Numbered from the stretch's first letter, positions 20,015 to 30,534 are shown. The stretch: 64,000 nt of DNA from Sedimentisphaerales bacterium (GCA_963708075.1 OY970194.1:1280001-1344000); one strand, 5' to 3'. The notes: a model not told the origin generated them from the letters alone. Numbers and translations are program-made.

Positions 20015-20191
20015 AGCCATGCCTGCGCCGAGTGAAAACAGAGTGTCCCGCCGGCCGTCGTTCAGTGTCTGTGAAAACAACCCGGCACGGTGCCTAAAAA
20101 CCTGCACAGACACGTCGTTCACGCCTTTGGAATCCAAGCTTGCTTTTCCAGGTTGCCATGCTGACAATGGGGCAAGGTAACAGTCCGCATT

Positions 20192-21376
20192 ATGGAGCAA
20201 CACGGTGGAAAGATGGAGGTAAGCCTGATGAGCATCGTTGGTGGCACGTTCATCGAGCGACACGTGACCGCTCGCGATGAAGGATGGTCGGTTCTGTGCC
20301 TTTTGGCTTTCTTGGCCATTGTGAGTCCGATGCGGGCAGCGTCACAAGGGATGCCGGCGATCCGGATCTCTGAAGATGGGCGCGGCTTCGTCCATGAGGG
20401 CGACGGCCGGTCTTTTGCGGCGTGGGGATTCAACTACGACCACGACGAGAAGGGGCGGCTGCTGGAGGACTACTGGGCGGCTGAGTGGCCCAAGGTGGAG
20501 GGGGACTTTCGCGAAATGAAGGAACTCGGGGCCAACGTGGTGCGCGTCCACCTTCAAGTCGGCAAGTTCATGCGGCAGGCGGATGCGCCGAACGATGTCT
20601 CGTTGGACCGGCTCGCCCGTCTCGTGGAGTTGGCCGAGCGCCTGCACCTGTACCTGGACGTGACGGGCCTGGCATGTTACCACAAGGCCGATACACCGGC
20701 GTGGTATGATCCGCTGCCGGAAGGAGCTCGCTGGGATGTGCAGGCCCGCTTCTGGGAGGCGATCGCAGGGCGGTGTGCGACGAGTCCCGCCATTTTCTGC
20801 TATGATCTGATGAACGAGCCGATCCTGCCTGGTGATAAGAAGGAGACGGATTGGCTCACGGGCGAGCTCGGCGGCAAGTACTTCGTCCAGCGTATCACGC
20901 TCGACCTCGCGGGACGCACGCAGCAACAGGTGGCCAAGGCCTGGGTGGATCGGCTCGTCACCGCGATTCGAAAGCAGGACAATCGCCACCTGGTGACGGT
21001 CGGGGTGATCCCCTGGGTCCAGGTCTTCCCCAAGGCCAAGCCGCTGTTCTACTCCAAGGAGGTGGCGGAGAAGCTCGATTTCGCGAGCGTACACTTCTAC
21101 CCGGACAGCGGAAAGGTCGATTGGGCGCTTACGGCGCTTGCCGCCTACGACATCGGCAAGCCCCTTGTCATTGAGGAGATGTTTCCACTCAAGTGCAGCG
21201 TGGGGGAGTTGGAGGCTTTCATTGACGGTTCGCGGAAGATCGCCGACGGCTGGATTGGCTTCTACTGGGGTAAGACACTTGAGGAATACCGCGGATCGAA
21301 GGAGTTGTCGGATGCCATCACGGCCGGCTGGCTGGAGTTCTTCAAGCGAAAAACCGAGGCGATCAATCCGCGATAG
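20192..21376 (+). CDS. Glycoside hydrolase family 5 (cellulase-family) protein, secreted
   Basis: GANVVRVHL, YDLMNEP (acid/base), VHFY, KPLVIEE (nucleophile); start uncertain. Confidence 0.85.
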   Translation: MEQHGGKMEVSLMSIVGGTFIERHVTARDEGWSVLCLLAFLAIVSPMRAASQGMPAIRISEDGRGFVHEGDGRSFAAWGFNYDHDEKGRLLEDYWAAEWPKVEGDFREMKELGANVVRVHLQVGKFMRQADAPNDVSLDRLARLVELAERLHLYLDVTGLACYHKADTPAWYDPLPEGARWDVQARFWEAIAGRCATSPAIFCYDLMNEPILPGDKKETDWLTGELGGKYFVQRITLDLAGRTQQQVAKAWVDRLVTAIRKQDNRHLVTVGVIPWVQVFPKAKPLFYSKEVAEKLDFASVHFYPDSGKVDWALTALAAYDIGKPLVIEEMFPLKCSVGELEAFIDGSRKIADGWIGFYWGKTLEEYRGSKELSDAITAGWLEFFKRKTEAINPR

Positions 21377-21379
21377 TGC

Positions 21380-21904
21380 ATGAATCGGAACGTGGAAATC
21401 AAGGCGAAGGTCGCTGACCTCGCGGCTATACAGAAGAAGGTCGAGCAGCTCGCCGACAAAAGGCCCGTCGTGCTTGAACAAGAGGACACGTTCTTTCATT
21501 GCCTGGAAGGTCGGCTCAAGCTCAGGTGTTTTCGCGACGGCACACCGGCGGAGTTGATCGCCTACCGGCGGGGGGATGCGGCGGGACCGAAGGAGTCGCG
21601 CTACGTCATCTATCGCACGTCCGACCCGCAAGGGCTCCTGGCCGTGCTGTCGGCGGCACTGGGAGTCCGGGTCGTGGTCCGCAAACGCCGCACACTCTAT
21701 CTCATCGGCCCCACCAGAGTGCATCTGGACCAAGTTGAAGGACTCGGCCAGTTCGTCGAGCTGGAGGTCGTTTTGCAGCCGGGTCAAGCTGTCGCCGATG
21801 GTGTCACCGTCGCTCATGACATCATGGCCAGGCTGGGCATCCCACAAGACCAGCTCGTTGAGAAAGCCTATGTGGACCTCCTGCAAGAGGCTCAGCCTGA
21901 GTGA
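21380..21904 (+). CDS. CYTH domain protein (class IV adenylate cyclase-like)
   Basis: NVEIKA, QEDTFF, RLKLR, VHLDQVEGLGQFVELEV. Confidence 0.92.
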   Translation: MNRNVEIKAKVADLAAIQKKVEQLADKRPVVLEQEDTFFHCLEGRLKLRCFRDGTPAELIAYRRGDAAGPKESRYVIYRTSDPQGLLAVLSAALGVRVVVRKRRTLYLIGPTRVHLDQVEGLGQFVELEVVLQPGQAVADGVTVAHDIMARLGIPQDQLVEKAYVDLLQEAQPE

Positions 21905-21937
21905 CGTTGCCAACTGCCACAACTGTTCGGCAGACGG

Positions 21938-22753
21938 CTACCTGATCTCGGTGGGGCCGGAACCCTCCGGAGGCGGGCGGTTGCCCAAAGCATCATCGCT
22001 GGTCCATCGTAATTGCGGCAGGTCCTCCTGCCTGACGAACGCGACATGGCCGTCCACGAAAAGTACGTTGCAGCCCTCGCCCTGATGGTTTTCGACCGTG
22101 AGGATCTTCGGACCGCCCGCCTGATTCCAGCCGGGAGAGGTCTCGTACAGCAGAACCATATCCGGCGGGGCGCTGGTCCCGAGTCCTTCCACGGATCTGT
22201 TCATCGCGTAGTTGGAAGGCCCGTCGTTGCTGCCTTTGCAGCGGAAAGCCGTCGGGCGGACACCGGTGCGTTCGCTGAGAAGGTCGCACCAGTTCGAAGG
22301 GGTGGGGAACTGGCCGTTATGGTCCCCGGCATAGGCATGCATGGCATTGCCAAGGCTCACGAGGTTCTGGCCACAGGTCACTCGGAGGGCGAGCAGATGG
22401 ACCCTGGCCAGCGCCGGCATCAGAATGCCCATGGCCAGTGCGACCAGGGGCAGGACGACAATGGGCAGGGCGATACCGGCGACGGCCATGCCGATGCCTT
22501 TCAACCGTCCGTTCGAGTGGCTGATCTTCACGAGGGCGACGATACCGGCAACGACAGCCGGCAGCATGGTGAGCATACACGTGAATGGGCTCAGAATCCC
22601 CAGCACCAGCGCCGCGATGGCCCAGCCGGAGGTTTGCGGCCTCGTCATGGGGCCGGCAGGGGTCTGTGGAACGGCAACCGCCATAATCTGCCCACACGCG
22701 CTGCACAATCTCGCACTATCAGCGTTCAACGCTCCGCATTTTGGACAATACAT
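21938..22753 (-). CDS. Zinc-ribbon + DUF4190 + H-X9-DG domain protein
   Basis: MYCPKCG...CSACG; TSGWAIAALVLGI...GIGMAVAG; NHQGEGCNVLFVDGH. Confidence 0.85.
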   Translation of the reverse strand: MYCPKCGALNADSARLCSACGQIMAVAVPQTPAGPMTRPQTSGWAIAALVLGILSPFTCMLTMLPAVVAGIVALVKISHSNGRLKGIGMAVAGIALPIVVLPLVALAMGILMPALARVHLLALRVTCGQNLVSLGNAMHAYAGDHNGQFPTPSNWCDLLSERTGVRPTAFRCKGSNDGPSNYAMNRSVEGLGTSAPPDMVLLYETSPGWNQAGGPKILTVENHQGEGCNVLFVDGHVAFVRQEDLPQLRWTSDDALGNRPPPEGSGPTEIR

Positions 22754-22934
22754 GCTGAGTCTCCTTCAACCAACTGGATCGCACACCGCTTTTTGCATCC
22801 TTCGCCGGCCGCACCTTCAGTGACGGCATTATCCATGACGCAACGGCGTAAATCAAATGCAAAACGCAGTGGGTGTTTGACAAGACGACTCATTGCCGCT
22901 AATGTGACGGGCAGTCGTCCTGGAGCGCCGAGTG

Positions 22935-23831
22935 ATGCCCCTATGGAACAACATAGCGGAACTGATGGACTACTACATCCCTTCGCTGCCCTCGGACTAC
23001 TGGCTCGACATCCACCGGGGGTGTAACCTGAGATGTATCATGTGTCCCCAGTCCAAGGGGCTGCGACCCCGGCCAACGAGCATGACGCTTGAGATGTTCA
23101 GGGGCATTGTTGACGAGGTGTGCGAGACCCGGCCCCTGATCAGGCTGTACTTGTCCGGTGAGCCCCTGCTTCATGACGGTCTGCTGGAGATGATTGAATA
23201 TGCCGGGGCGAGAGACTGCGAGACCGCGGTCCACACGAATGCGACCCTGCTCACTCAGGAGATGTCGGAAAAGCTGCTTTCGTCACGACTGACTTATCTG
23301 TCATTCTCGTTCGATGGATGTTCTGCGGAGGTGTATGAGCGGTTGCGCCCGCCTGCGAAATTCGCCGAGGTAGAATCGAATATCCGGCGGTACCTCGACC
23401 TGCGACGGCAGGGCGGGCGCGGCGGTCCCTATACGGCCATCGAGATCATCCGCATGCGCGAGACAGATGAGCTACTGCACGACTTTGTGAACCGGTGGGA
23501 GACCAGTGGGATCGATGACGTGCGGATTGCAGCGTACATGGCGTGGCACGGCTTGGTGGAGGACAGGCGGGTGGAAGGTGCGCCCGATGGGGCCGGATAC
23601 AATCCCTGTGCCGCTCCGTTTGCTCACGGCTGCATTCTGTCCGATGGAACGGTCGTGCCTTGCTGCCTCGATGTCAATGGTGAAATGCCCCTGGGAAATG
23701 TCACCGACAAGAAGTTCCGGGACATATGGATGGACGATGGCTACCGGCGCCTGCGCCTCGCGATGTTGACGGGGACCGTGTCGCCCGGCTGCATCTGCGA
23801 TAGCTGCAACAACATCTTCCGCGAGGCATAG
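22935..23831 (+). CDS. Radical SAM/SPASM domain protein
   Basis: CNLRCIMC, GEPLL, HTNATLL, C...DGTVVPCC..LGN, CDSC. Confidence 0.9.
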   Translation: MPLWNNIAELMDYYIPSLPSDYWLDIHRGCNLRCIMCPQSKGLRPRPTSMTLEMFRGIVDEVCETRPLIRLYLSGEPLLHDGLLEMIEYAGARDCETAVHTNATLLTQEMSEKLLSSRLTYLSFSFDGCSAEVYERLRPPAKFAEVESNIRRYLDLRRQGGRGGPYTAIEIIRMRETDELLHDFVNRWETSGIDDVRIAAYMAWHGLVEDRRVEGAPDGAGYNPCAAPFAHGCILSDGTVVPCCLDVNGEMPLGNVTDKKFRDIWMDDGYRRLRLAMLTGTVSPGCICDSCNNIFREA

Positions 23832-23956
23832 CCGGAGGATTATGCTCGAATGCTGTCCCCTGTCGTGATAGTATACCGGCTCTCGGTACTCGATGGACGT
23901 GAAGGACGCTTGGAGCATACGAAGACATTCGTTCAGGCTGAAAGGAGGCAGAGAAC

Positions 23957-25060
23957 ATGAGATTTGTGCGGCTGATGCTTGTGGTCTTGCTGGCGGCCAG
24001 CTCTTGCCGGTCGGCGGGGGAGGGCGATCGGGTCATCATTCGCAGCGCCCCGCGGGTGCAGTTCCCGGGGGTCGTGCATGAGGGCGGTAATCCCCAAGAG
24101 CCGGGGGACATCGACTGCAGCAGTCCGGCCCACTGGGATGACGGAACGATGTACATGTTCTATTCGACCGGGCATCCGTTTCGTTCACAGGGCCTGGACC
24201 TGCTCCACTTGAGCCGGCCGTCGCAACGGACGACATTTGACAACGAAGCCACGTGGAAGATGGGGGCACGGTGGATCGAGGCGACGCACAAGGCGCAGGA
24301 CGGCACGCTGTACATGTGGTATCACAACGAGCCGCCGCTGCCGGGCGGCAAGACGGCCCCGCGGATCGGGGAGATGGTTTCGATGGACAACGGCCTGCAT
24401 TGGCGGGACCTGGGGATCATCGTCGAGGCCCCGGCGGGCTCGAACAACGAAGCCTCGGCCAACTATTATTTCGTCGGCGGCAACGGGGATTTCACAGTCA
24501 TTGCAGACCGTAAGAACGAGTATCTCTACTGCTACACAAGCACCTACAATAAGGACATCACCGAGCAGGGCGTGGCGGTCGCGCGGATGCGGTATGAGGA
24601 CCGCGATGCTCCGACAGGCAAGGTATTCAAGTGGTACAAGGGCGCGTGGACGGAGGCTGGCCTCGGCGGGCACGTGACGCCTATCTTCACTGTGCGGACC
24701 GACTGGCACGAGCCCGACGCCGATGCATTCTGGGGCCCATCGATTCACTGGAACACCCACCTCAAGACCTGGGTGATGCTCCTGAACCGGGCCAAGGACA
24801 AGGATTGGGTGCAGGAGGGCATCTATGTGAGCTTCAATCCGAGCCTTGGCGACCCCACCGGCTGGACCCCGCCTGCAAAGATCCTCGACGCCGCAGAGCT
24901 GGAGAAATCGAAATGGTACCCGCAGGTCGTCGGGCTCGATGCATCGAAACGCGAAACGGACAAACTAGCCGGCAAAACGGCAAGACTCTTCGTCGCAGGC
25001 GTATCGAAGTGGGAAATCACGTTCCTCCGCTCCGGTGAGCAGACGCTCGCCGCACCCTGA
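23957..25060 (+). CDS. Secreted hypothetical protein, possibly a beta-propeller glycoside hydrolase-like fold
   Basis: GGAGG RBS, signal peptide, LYMWYHNE, SMDNGLHW, WGPSIHWN. Confidence 0.65.
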   Translation: MRFVRLMLVVLLAASSCRSAGEGDRVIIRSAPRVQFPGVVHEGGNPQEPGDIDCSSPAHWDDGTMYMFYSTGHPFRSQGLDLLHLSRPSQRTTFDNEATWKMGARWIEATHKAQDGTLYMWYHNEPPLPGGKTAPRIGEMVSMDNGLHWRDLGIIVEAPAGSNNEASANYYFVGGNGDFTVIADRKNEYLYCYTSTYNKDITEQGVAVARMRYEDRDAPTGKVFKWYKGAWTEAGLGGHVTPIFTVRTDWHEPDADAFWGPSIHWNTHLKTWVMLLNRAKDKDWVQEGIYVSFNPSLGDPTGWTPPAKILDAAELEKSKWYPQVVGLDASKRETDKLAGKTARLFVAGVSKWEITFLRSGEQTLAAP

Positions 25061-25113
25061 TGTGCCTCTCGTGGAGTCTTGGGACTGGTGCTCGCAACAC
25101 AAGGGTTTCGGAT

Positions 25114-25185
25114 TGGGCCCGGTAGGATTTGAACCTACAACCAAGGGATTATGAGTCCCCTGCTCTACCGTTGAGCTACGAGCCC
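25114..25185 (-). tRNA. tRNA-Ile2(CAT) (lysidine-type; tRNA-Met not excluded)
   Basis: Reverse complement GGGCTCGTAGCTCAACGGTAGAGCA-GGGGA-CTCATAA-TCCCT-TGGTT-GTAGG-TTCAAAT-CCTAC-CGGGCCCA; G1-C72 pair argues against initiator tRNA. Confidence 0.9.
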
Positions 25186-25326
25186 ACTGGTTTTTCACGC
25201 CAAGTGATTCGCACGTGGACACCATAAATCTACATCTGGATGGGGATTATGACAAGTGTTTTCGGCGATCTGTGCATTGACCGGGGCGTCCGATTCGTCT
25301 ATACATGAGCAGAAGGGTCATAGAAG

Positions 25327-26358
25327 ATGAAAGCAATTCACCGTCAAAAGCCGGTCTTGTGCGTGGCTCTCGGCAGCACGCTCCTGTATCTGATCATGGG
25401 CTCGGCCTGCGCCGATTCGGGTAATCCGTCCGAGCAGGGGCGCGGGTCGGCAGGGCAGTGGAGCCGGGTTGAACTCGTGGATCACTATTCCTTTGCAGGC
25501 AGCCTGCTGGAGGATACAGACCTCAGCGGCATCGCGTGCATCTCCGACAAAAGCTGCCTTGTAGGTGCTGACGAGGGCCGGGCGGTCCAGATGGTCGAGC
25601 TGTCGCGCGCGGCGAAGATGCTCAAGGTTGTGAGGACGGTCCCGCTCCTGCAATCGGGTAAGGAGGTCGACATCGAGGCCATCGCCGCGGAGGGCGACTC
25701 ATACTATATCATCGGCTCGCATGGCATCTCCAAAAAGGAGGGCGAACAGCAGTCAAACCGGTTCAGGATCTTCCGGCTGAAGGTGGATCGTGCGACGGGC
25801 AGGCCAGCGGGCGTGGATGCGGCAAGCTTGTCCGGTATCCTGCGTGCGGATGCGGTCCTGGGCGAGCACTTCCAGATGCCTCTCCAGCAGAGCGGGGTGA
25901 ACATCGAGGGCCTGGCCGTGCGGAATGGCCGATTGTTCGTGGGGTTCCGAGGGCCGAATCTGGACGGCTTTGCGTTCGTCATGGAAATCGCAGCGGCGGA
26001 CGTTTTCGATAGCAAGCCAAAGCCGCAGTACACGCTCCATCGACTTCGTCTTGGCAAGGGACTCGGCATCCGCGAGATCGTCGCTGCCAGGAGCGGTTTC
26101 CTGATCATTGCGGGCAATGCCGGCTCCGAGCCTTCGGAGAAGTACACGGACTCGGAGAACTACGAGGAAGATCGCGACTATTCACTGATCCTGTGGGACG
26201 GCAAAGGCTCCGAGGTCCACCGGATCGGCCCACTACCGAATCCGCCGGGCAAGGCGGAGGCCATGACGATCCTGGACGAATCCGCAAGCGAGGTCACGGT
26301 GCTGATCCTCTTCGACGGCCCCAAAGGAGGCCAGCCCTCGGTCTATCGCATCTCTTGA
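25327..26358 (+). CDS. DUF3616-like secreted beta-propeller protein
   Basis: DLSGIA, ADE, DIEAIA, GSHG, NIEGLA..GFRGP, GIR, KAEA motifs. Confidence 0.75.
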   Translation: MKAIHRQKPVLCVALGSTLLYLIMGSACADSGNPSEQGRGSAGQWSRVELVDHYSFAGSLLEDTDLSGIACISDKSCLVGADEGRAVQMVELSRAAKMLKVVRTVPLLQSGKEVDIEAIAAEGDSYYIIGSHGISKKEGEQQSNRFRIFRLKVDRATGRPAGVDAASLSGILRADAVLGEHFQMPLQQSGVNIEGLAVRNGRLFVGFRGPNLDGFAFVMEIAAADVFDSKPKPQYTLHRLRLGKGLGIREIVAARSGFLIIAGNAGSEPSEKYTDSENYEEDRDYSLILWDGKGSEVHRIGPLPNPPGKAEAMTILDESASEVTVLILFDGPKGGQPSVYRIS

Positions 26359-26390
26359 TGCCTGCACGATTTGCTGGGCAGGGACGTGGT

Positions 26391-27584
26391 TCAGCCCACT
26401 CGGTGAGTGAAAATGCGCTTCCAGTCGAGCTCGACGCCCATTCCCGGTGTCTGCGGGATGGTCACTCGGCCCTGGTCGTCGCAGGTGGGTTCCGGCGTGG
26501 CCCTGCCGGGCAGGATGTAGGACTCCTGCGAGGGCGAGGGGAATCCGAAGTACTCGATCAGCGATGGCTCGGTGGCGGCGATGAGCTGCAGATGAGGATA
26601 ACTGTCGGGGCCGACATTGGGCAATTCCAGCGGGATCCCGGCCGCTTCGCACGCTGAGGCCAGCTCGACGCAAGCTGTGAGGCCTCCGTGGAGAGCATCC
26701 ATGCAGGCGATGTCACAGGCTTTGGCCGCGATCCAGAGAACACGGGCGGGATAGGAATCCGGATTGGCCGCCGGCGTGCAGATTGGCGTTCTCACCTGTG
26801 CCGCCAGCGACGCGTACCGGTCCCGCCATCCATCGTCCTCAGGCATCGGGGATTCGTACCATCTGTACGCAAGGTCATCGAGAAGCCGCCCGACGCGCAG
26901 CGCCTCGTCGAACGTGTACGTGCGTGAGCCGCCCGCCATGCAAGTGAAGTCGGGTCCCACAGCGTCCCGAACAGCCTTGTACACGGCCATGTCGCGGTCG
27001 GGGGATGCGACGTACGGCTGGACCTTGCAGGCAGGGATGCCTTTCTCCTTGCATGTCACTGCATACGCCGCATATGCCTCCGGGGCACCAAGATTGAACC
27101 CCGTGTTCGCGTACACCGGGACATTTTGCCTGCGTGTCCCAAGCAGTGCGTGAGCCGGTTTGCCCTCCAGTCGCCCGCGCAGGTCCCAGAGGGCGACATC
27201 CACGGCCGCCAGCGAGCCGAGCGGGATGCCCTGTTCATAGAGCTGGCGCCAGACTACCTTGTGCTCGGCGGTGCTTCGCCCAAGCAGGATGTTCCTGATG
27301 AGTTCGATGCCGGCATGGTCGGGCATCGTCGAGCCTGTGAAATCGGCCCAGCCCTGGACCCCGTTCGTACCCGTGATTCGGACGGCACACCGGCGCTCCG
27401 GCTGATTGTCCGGCTGCCGGCGGCCCGTCTCATATAGGACCCATTCAATGTTCGAGATGCGCGAGGAGTCTTCTACACCGATGACAAACAGTGAGCGTGC
27501 CGGGGCGCTGTCACCCACCAGAAGAAAAGCGCCCGCCGAACCCAGGGTTTTCAGGAACGATCTTCGATTCATCATCGTGAACAT
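26391..27584 (-). CDS. Tat-exported mandelate racemase/muconate lactonizing enzyme family protein (degenerate active site)
   Basis: NRRSFLK Tat motif; AAVDVALWDLRGR...LLG, VRDAVGPD, PGMGVELD. Confidence 0.85.
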   Translation of the reverse strand: MFTMMNRRSFLKTLGSAGAFLLVGDSAPARSLFVIGVEDSSRISNIEWVLYETGRRQPDNQPERRCAVRITGTNGVQGWADFTGSTMPDHAGIELIRNILLGRSTAEHKVVWRQLYEQGIPLGSLAAVDVALWDLRGRLEGKPAHALLGTRRQNVPVYANTGFNLGAPEAYAAYAVTCKEKGIPACKVQPYVASPDRDMAVYKAVRDAVGPDFTCMAGGSRTYTFDEALRVGRLLDDLAYRWYESPMPEDDGWRDRYASLAAQVRTPICTPAANPDSYPARVLWIAAKACDIACMDALHGGLTACVELASACEAAGIPLELPNVGPDSYPHLQLIAATEPSLIEYFGFPSPSQESYILPGRATPEPTCDDQGRVTIPQTPGMGVELDWKRIFTHRVG

Positions 27585-27866
27585 GCAACGGCCCCAACCG
27601 ATCCCGTTCGCCCTCACGGCCGCAACTGCATGCTCCTCCCATTATCCGTTCTCTCCGCCCCCTCGAAGCGAAAGGGCGTTGTGACGGAGGACCCACCCTT
27701 TCCTTATATATTGTACAGGGGACATGCCACAAACGCAAGCTCTATTGTGACTATTCGGGGACATGGGCCGATAATGTGTGCCTGTGGGTCACAGTGGCCA
27801 AGTAGGAGTGCAACGGGCTCGCAGACAAGCCAAATCGCCAGCGGCGGATCCTGATCTGGTGCAGCC

Positions 27867-29066
27867 TCAGGCGGCCCCGGCGGGGGTGAGCGCCGAACAG
27901 CGAGTCCTCAAGTTATCGAGAATGTTCATGTAGTTGATGTACGAATCGTAGGGTGAATCGTACGGATTGAAGTACTTGTGCACGTCACCGTCGGCAAACC
28001 ACTTCGTACACATGTAATAGAGATGGTCGGACGTCTGAAGCTTCCGCCAACGTTCCAGGATGCCCGGGTCACCGGACGCCTTGACTGTGGACTCGAGCCT
28101 GTACAGTTCTCGGATCGCGCTGTGCTGCATGGCGTTGCCCAGCCACGCGGAGAGATCCCGCTCGATGTCGGCCCAACTGACATAGTAGGGCACATCGACC
28201 GCATCGACAGCCTCATAGGCGGCAGCCGCCTCGCTCGGCGTCTTGAAGTCGTTGTCCGGGTGCTTGAGGACCTCGACGGGCAGGTGCCGGAGGAACTCGA
28301 AGATGCCGGTGTCCTCCCATTGATGTTCGCCGAAGGTCTCGTAGTCGATGAACAGGTTGACCACGTAGCCATTCCCATTGACCGCGTTGATCCACTGAGC
28401 GAACTTGTCCGCCCCCAGCGGCCATTCGCTCCAGCCCCGGTTGGAGAAGCGGAACGCGATGTCGTCGCTGAGCCTATAGTTCTTCAAGAGCAGCTTCAGC
28501 TTGGAGCAGTTGGGAGGCCTGTAGACGTAATTGGGACTTCGATAGCCGAGGATGTGATCGGCCCCTTCCGCCAGAATCGCATCGAATCCACCGATTCGCT
28601 CGACCGCCTGCGCGATGGAGTTGTTGTAGATCAGCTCGGTGTTTCGGAACACGCGGGGCGTTTGGCCGAATAGATCATACATCAGTTGCCGGTGGGCCTG
28701 GACCTGCTCGGCGAATTCACGGGGGGAATACAGGTAGCTGAGGCTGTGGTGATAGGTTTCGCACAGGAACTCGACGCATCCCGTGTCGGCAAGCGCGTGG
28801 AAACTGTCCAGCACCTTGGGGGCATACTCTTTCAACTGCTCCAGCAGGACGCCCGTCAGACTGTAACTGATCTTGAACTGGCCGTGGTGCTGGCGGATCA
28901 GATCGAGAAACAGCCTGTTCGCAGGCAGGTAGCATTTCTTCGCCACCTTTCTGCAGATTTCCGCGTTCTTGTGGGTGTCGAAGTAGTCGTTTCCCGAATC
29001 GAAGATCGTGTAGTGCCGGAGCCTGTACGGCTGATGCACCTGGAAATAGAAACAAACGGACGCCAT
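27867..29066 (-). CDS. Glycoside hydrolase family 57 (alpha-amylase type)
   Basis: FQVHQP, ETYHHSL, FRNTEL, DYETFGEHQ, TSDHLYYM. Confidence 0.93.
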   Translation of the reverse strand: MASVCFYFQVHQPYRLRHYTIFDSGNDYFDTHKNAEICRKVAKKCYLPANRLFLDLIRQHHGQFKISYSLTGVLLEQLKEYAPKVLDSFHALADTGCVEFLCETYHHSLSYLYSPREFAEQVQAHRQLMYDLFGQTPRVFRNTELIYNNSIAQAVERIGGFDAILAEGADHILGYRSPNYVYRPPNCSKLKLLLKNYRLSDDIAFRFSNRGWSEWPLGADKFAQWINAVNGNGYVVNLFIDYETFGEHQWEDTGIFEFLRHLPVEVLKHPDNDFKTPSEAAAAYEAVDAVDVPYYVSWADIERDLSAWLGNAMQHSAIRELYRLESTVKASGDPGILERWRKLQTSDHLYYMCTKWFADGDVHKYFNPYDSPYDSYINYMNILDNLRTRCSALTPAGAA

Positions 29067-29090
29067 CAGTACCTCCAGACCATGAAACGC

Positions 29091-30362
29091 TTACATCATG
29101 CTCATGGCCTTATGATAAATCTCGCCGACTCGTGCCGCGGAATCCTCCCAGCGGAATCGCAGCGCCTCTTTCCTGCCTTCGATGCGAAGCATCTCCTGCA
29201 GAGGCGGATATCGCAGGACGGCCACCATCTTGTTGGCCATTTCGTTGATATCCCAGAAATCGACCTTCAGGGCATTGCGGAATGTCTCCGCGATGCCGCT
29301 CGTTTTACTCATCAGCACGGGCACATTGTGCTGCAAGGCTTCCAGCGGAGCGATGCCGAACGGCTCGGAGACCGAGGGCATCACGTACAAGTCGGCCATC
29401 TGGTAGGCACGGTCGACGTCGGCGCCTCGCAGGAATCGGGTGAAGAAGACCTTGTGGCCGATGCCGAGGTTTGCCGCCAGTTCGATACTCCGGTAGAGCA
29501 TGTCGCCGTCGCCGGCCATGACGAACTTGACGTTGCCCATCTTCTCCAGGACTCTCTTTGCTGCGAAGAGGAAGTACTCGGGACCTTTCTGCATGGTCAC
29601 GCGGCCGAGGAACAGGACAGTCTTGTCCGGCCCCACCCGCGGGAGAGAGGCTTCCACATGACCATTGAAATCGATCCCGTTGTATACAACTTCGATCTTT
29701 TCCGGCGGTACGCCGTAGCGGTTGATGATGATGTTTCGGGTATAGTTGCTGACCGCGATGACTGCCGTGGCCGCATGCATGCCCTGACGCTCGATGTCGT
29801 AGACATACTGGTTCACATGCTCTCCGCTGCGGTCGAACTCGGTGGAGTGCACCTGCACGACCAGCGGCTTACCCGTCATGGTTGCCACCGCGATCCCGGC
29901 CGGGAACGTCATCCAGTCATGGGCATGGATGACATCAAACTCTTCGCTCTCGGCCACCTTCATCACCTGGACCGCGTAGCGATGGACCTCCGCGCATACA
30001 TCGGGGCCGTAGATGGCCCGCTGCTCTTCGGACGCTTCCAGCGTTGCACTCGAGGCCTGCGTTTTCACCTGACGCCAGTGCGCGGCTCCATAGGATTCGC
30101 CTGGCGTGTAGGGAACCAGGGTCGATGGGATGGGTCTCAGGCGGACATGGCGCATTCCGGTCTGGTAGTACTCGGATCCCTCCACACCCGACGATGATTC
30201 CTGGCCCGCTGCAAACCGAATCGGCATGGCGCGGGGAAGGACAAAGGTCACCGGCATGCCCAGGCGATCCATTGCCTTGGTCAACCCATAGCAGGCTGTG
30301 CCGAGTCCTCCGCTAATGAACGGCGGGAACTCCCAGCCGAGCATGAGCGTCCTTGTCTTCAT
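29091..30362 (-). CDS. Glycosyltransferase family 4 (glycogen synthase-like)
   Basis: GWEFPPFISGGLG, IHAHDW, HSTEFDR, QKGP, EPFGIAPLEA. Confidence 0.92.
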   Translation of the reverse strand: MKTRTLMLGWEFPPFISGGLGTACYGLTKAMDRLGMPVTFVLPRAMPIRFAAGQESSSGVEGSEYYQTGMRHVRLRPIPSTLVPYTPGESYGAAHWRQVKTQASSATLEASEEQRAIYGPDVCAEVHRYAVQVMKVAESEEFDVIHAHDWMTFPAGIAVATMTGKPLVVQVHSTEFDRSGEHVNQYVYDIERQGMHAATAVIAVSNYTRNIIINRYGVPPEKIEVVYNGIDFNGHVEASLPRVGPDKTVLFLGRVTMQKGPEYFLFAAKRVLEKMGNVKFVMAGDGDMLYRSIELAANLGIGHKVFFTRFLRGADVDRAYQMADLYVMPSVSEPFGIAPLEALQHNVPVLMSKTSGIAETFRNALKVDFWDINEMANKMVAVLRYPPLQEMLRIEGRKEALRFRWEDSAARVGEIYHKAMSMM

Positions 30363-30534
30363 GAGTCGTTCCTCCCTGCCTAGCACTACCGGACCCAAAG
30401 CCATTTCGTATCATAGTATGCGCCTTGGTCGCCTACCGGGTTCATTTGCGACTGAAATGCTTCTTAATTGCTATCGTCGCAGGTACTGACAATCACAAGA
30501 GTACCACATATGCGGGATGGGTCAAGAGGATTGT

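Noticed and set aside
22935..23831. RiPP cluster or sulfatase maturase role for the radical SAM/SPASM gene
   Set aside because: No precursor peptide, PqqD/RRE or transporter adjacent. It is short for an anaerobic sulfatase maturase and far from the sulfatase.
25060..25200. tRNA-anchored genomic island at tRNA-Ile2 or tRNA-Pro
   Set aside because: No integrase and no duplicated tRNA 3' end seen in the window.
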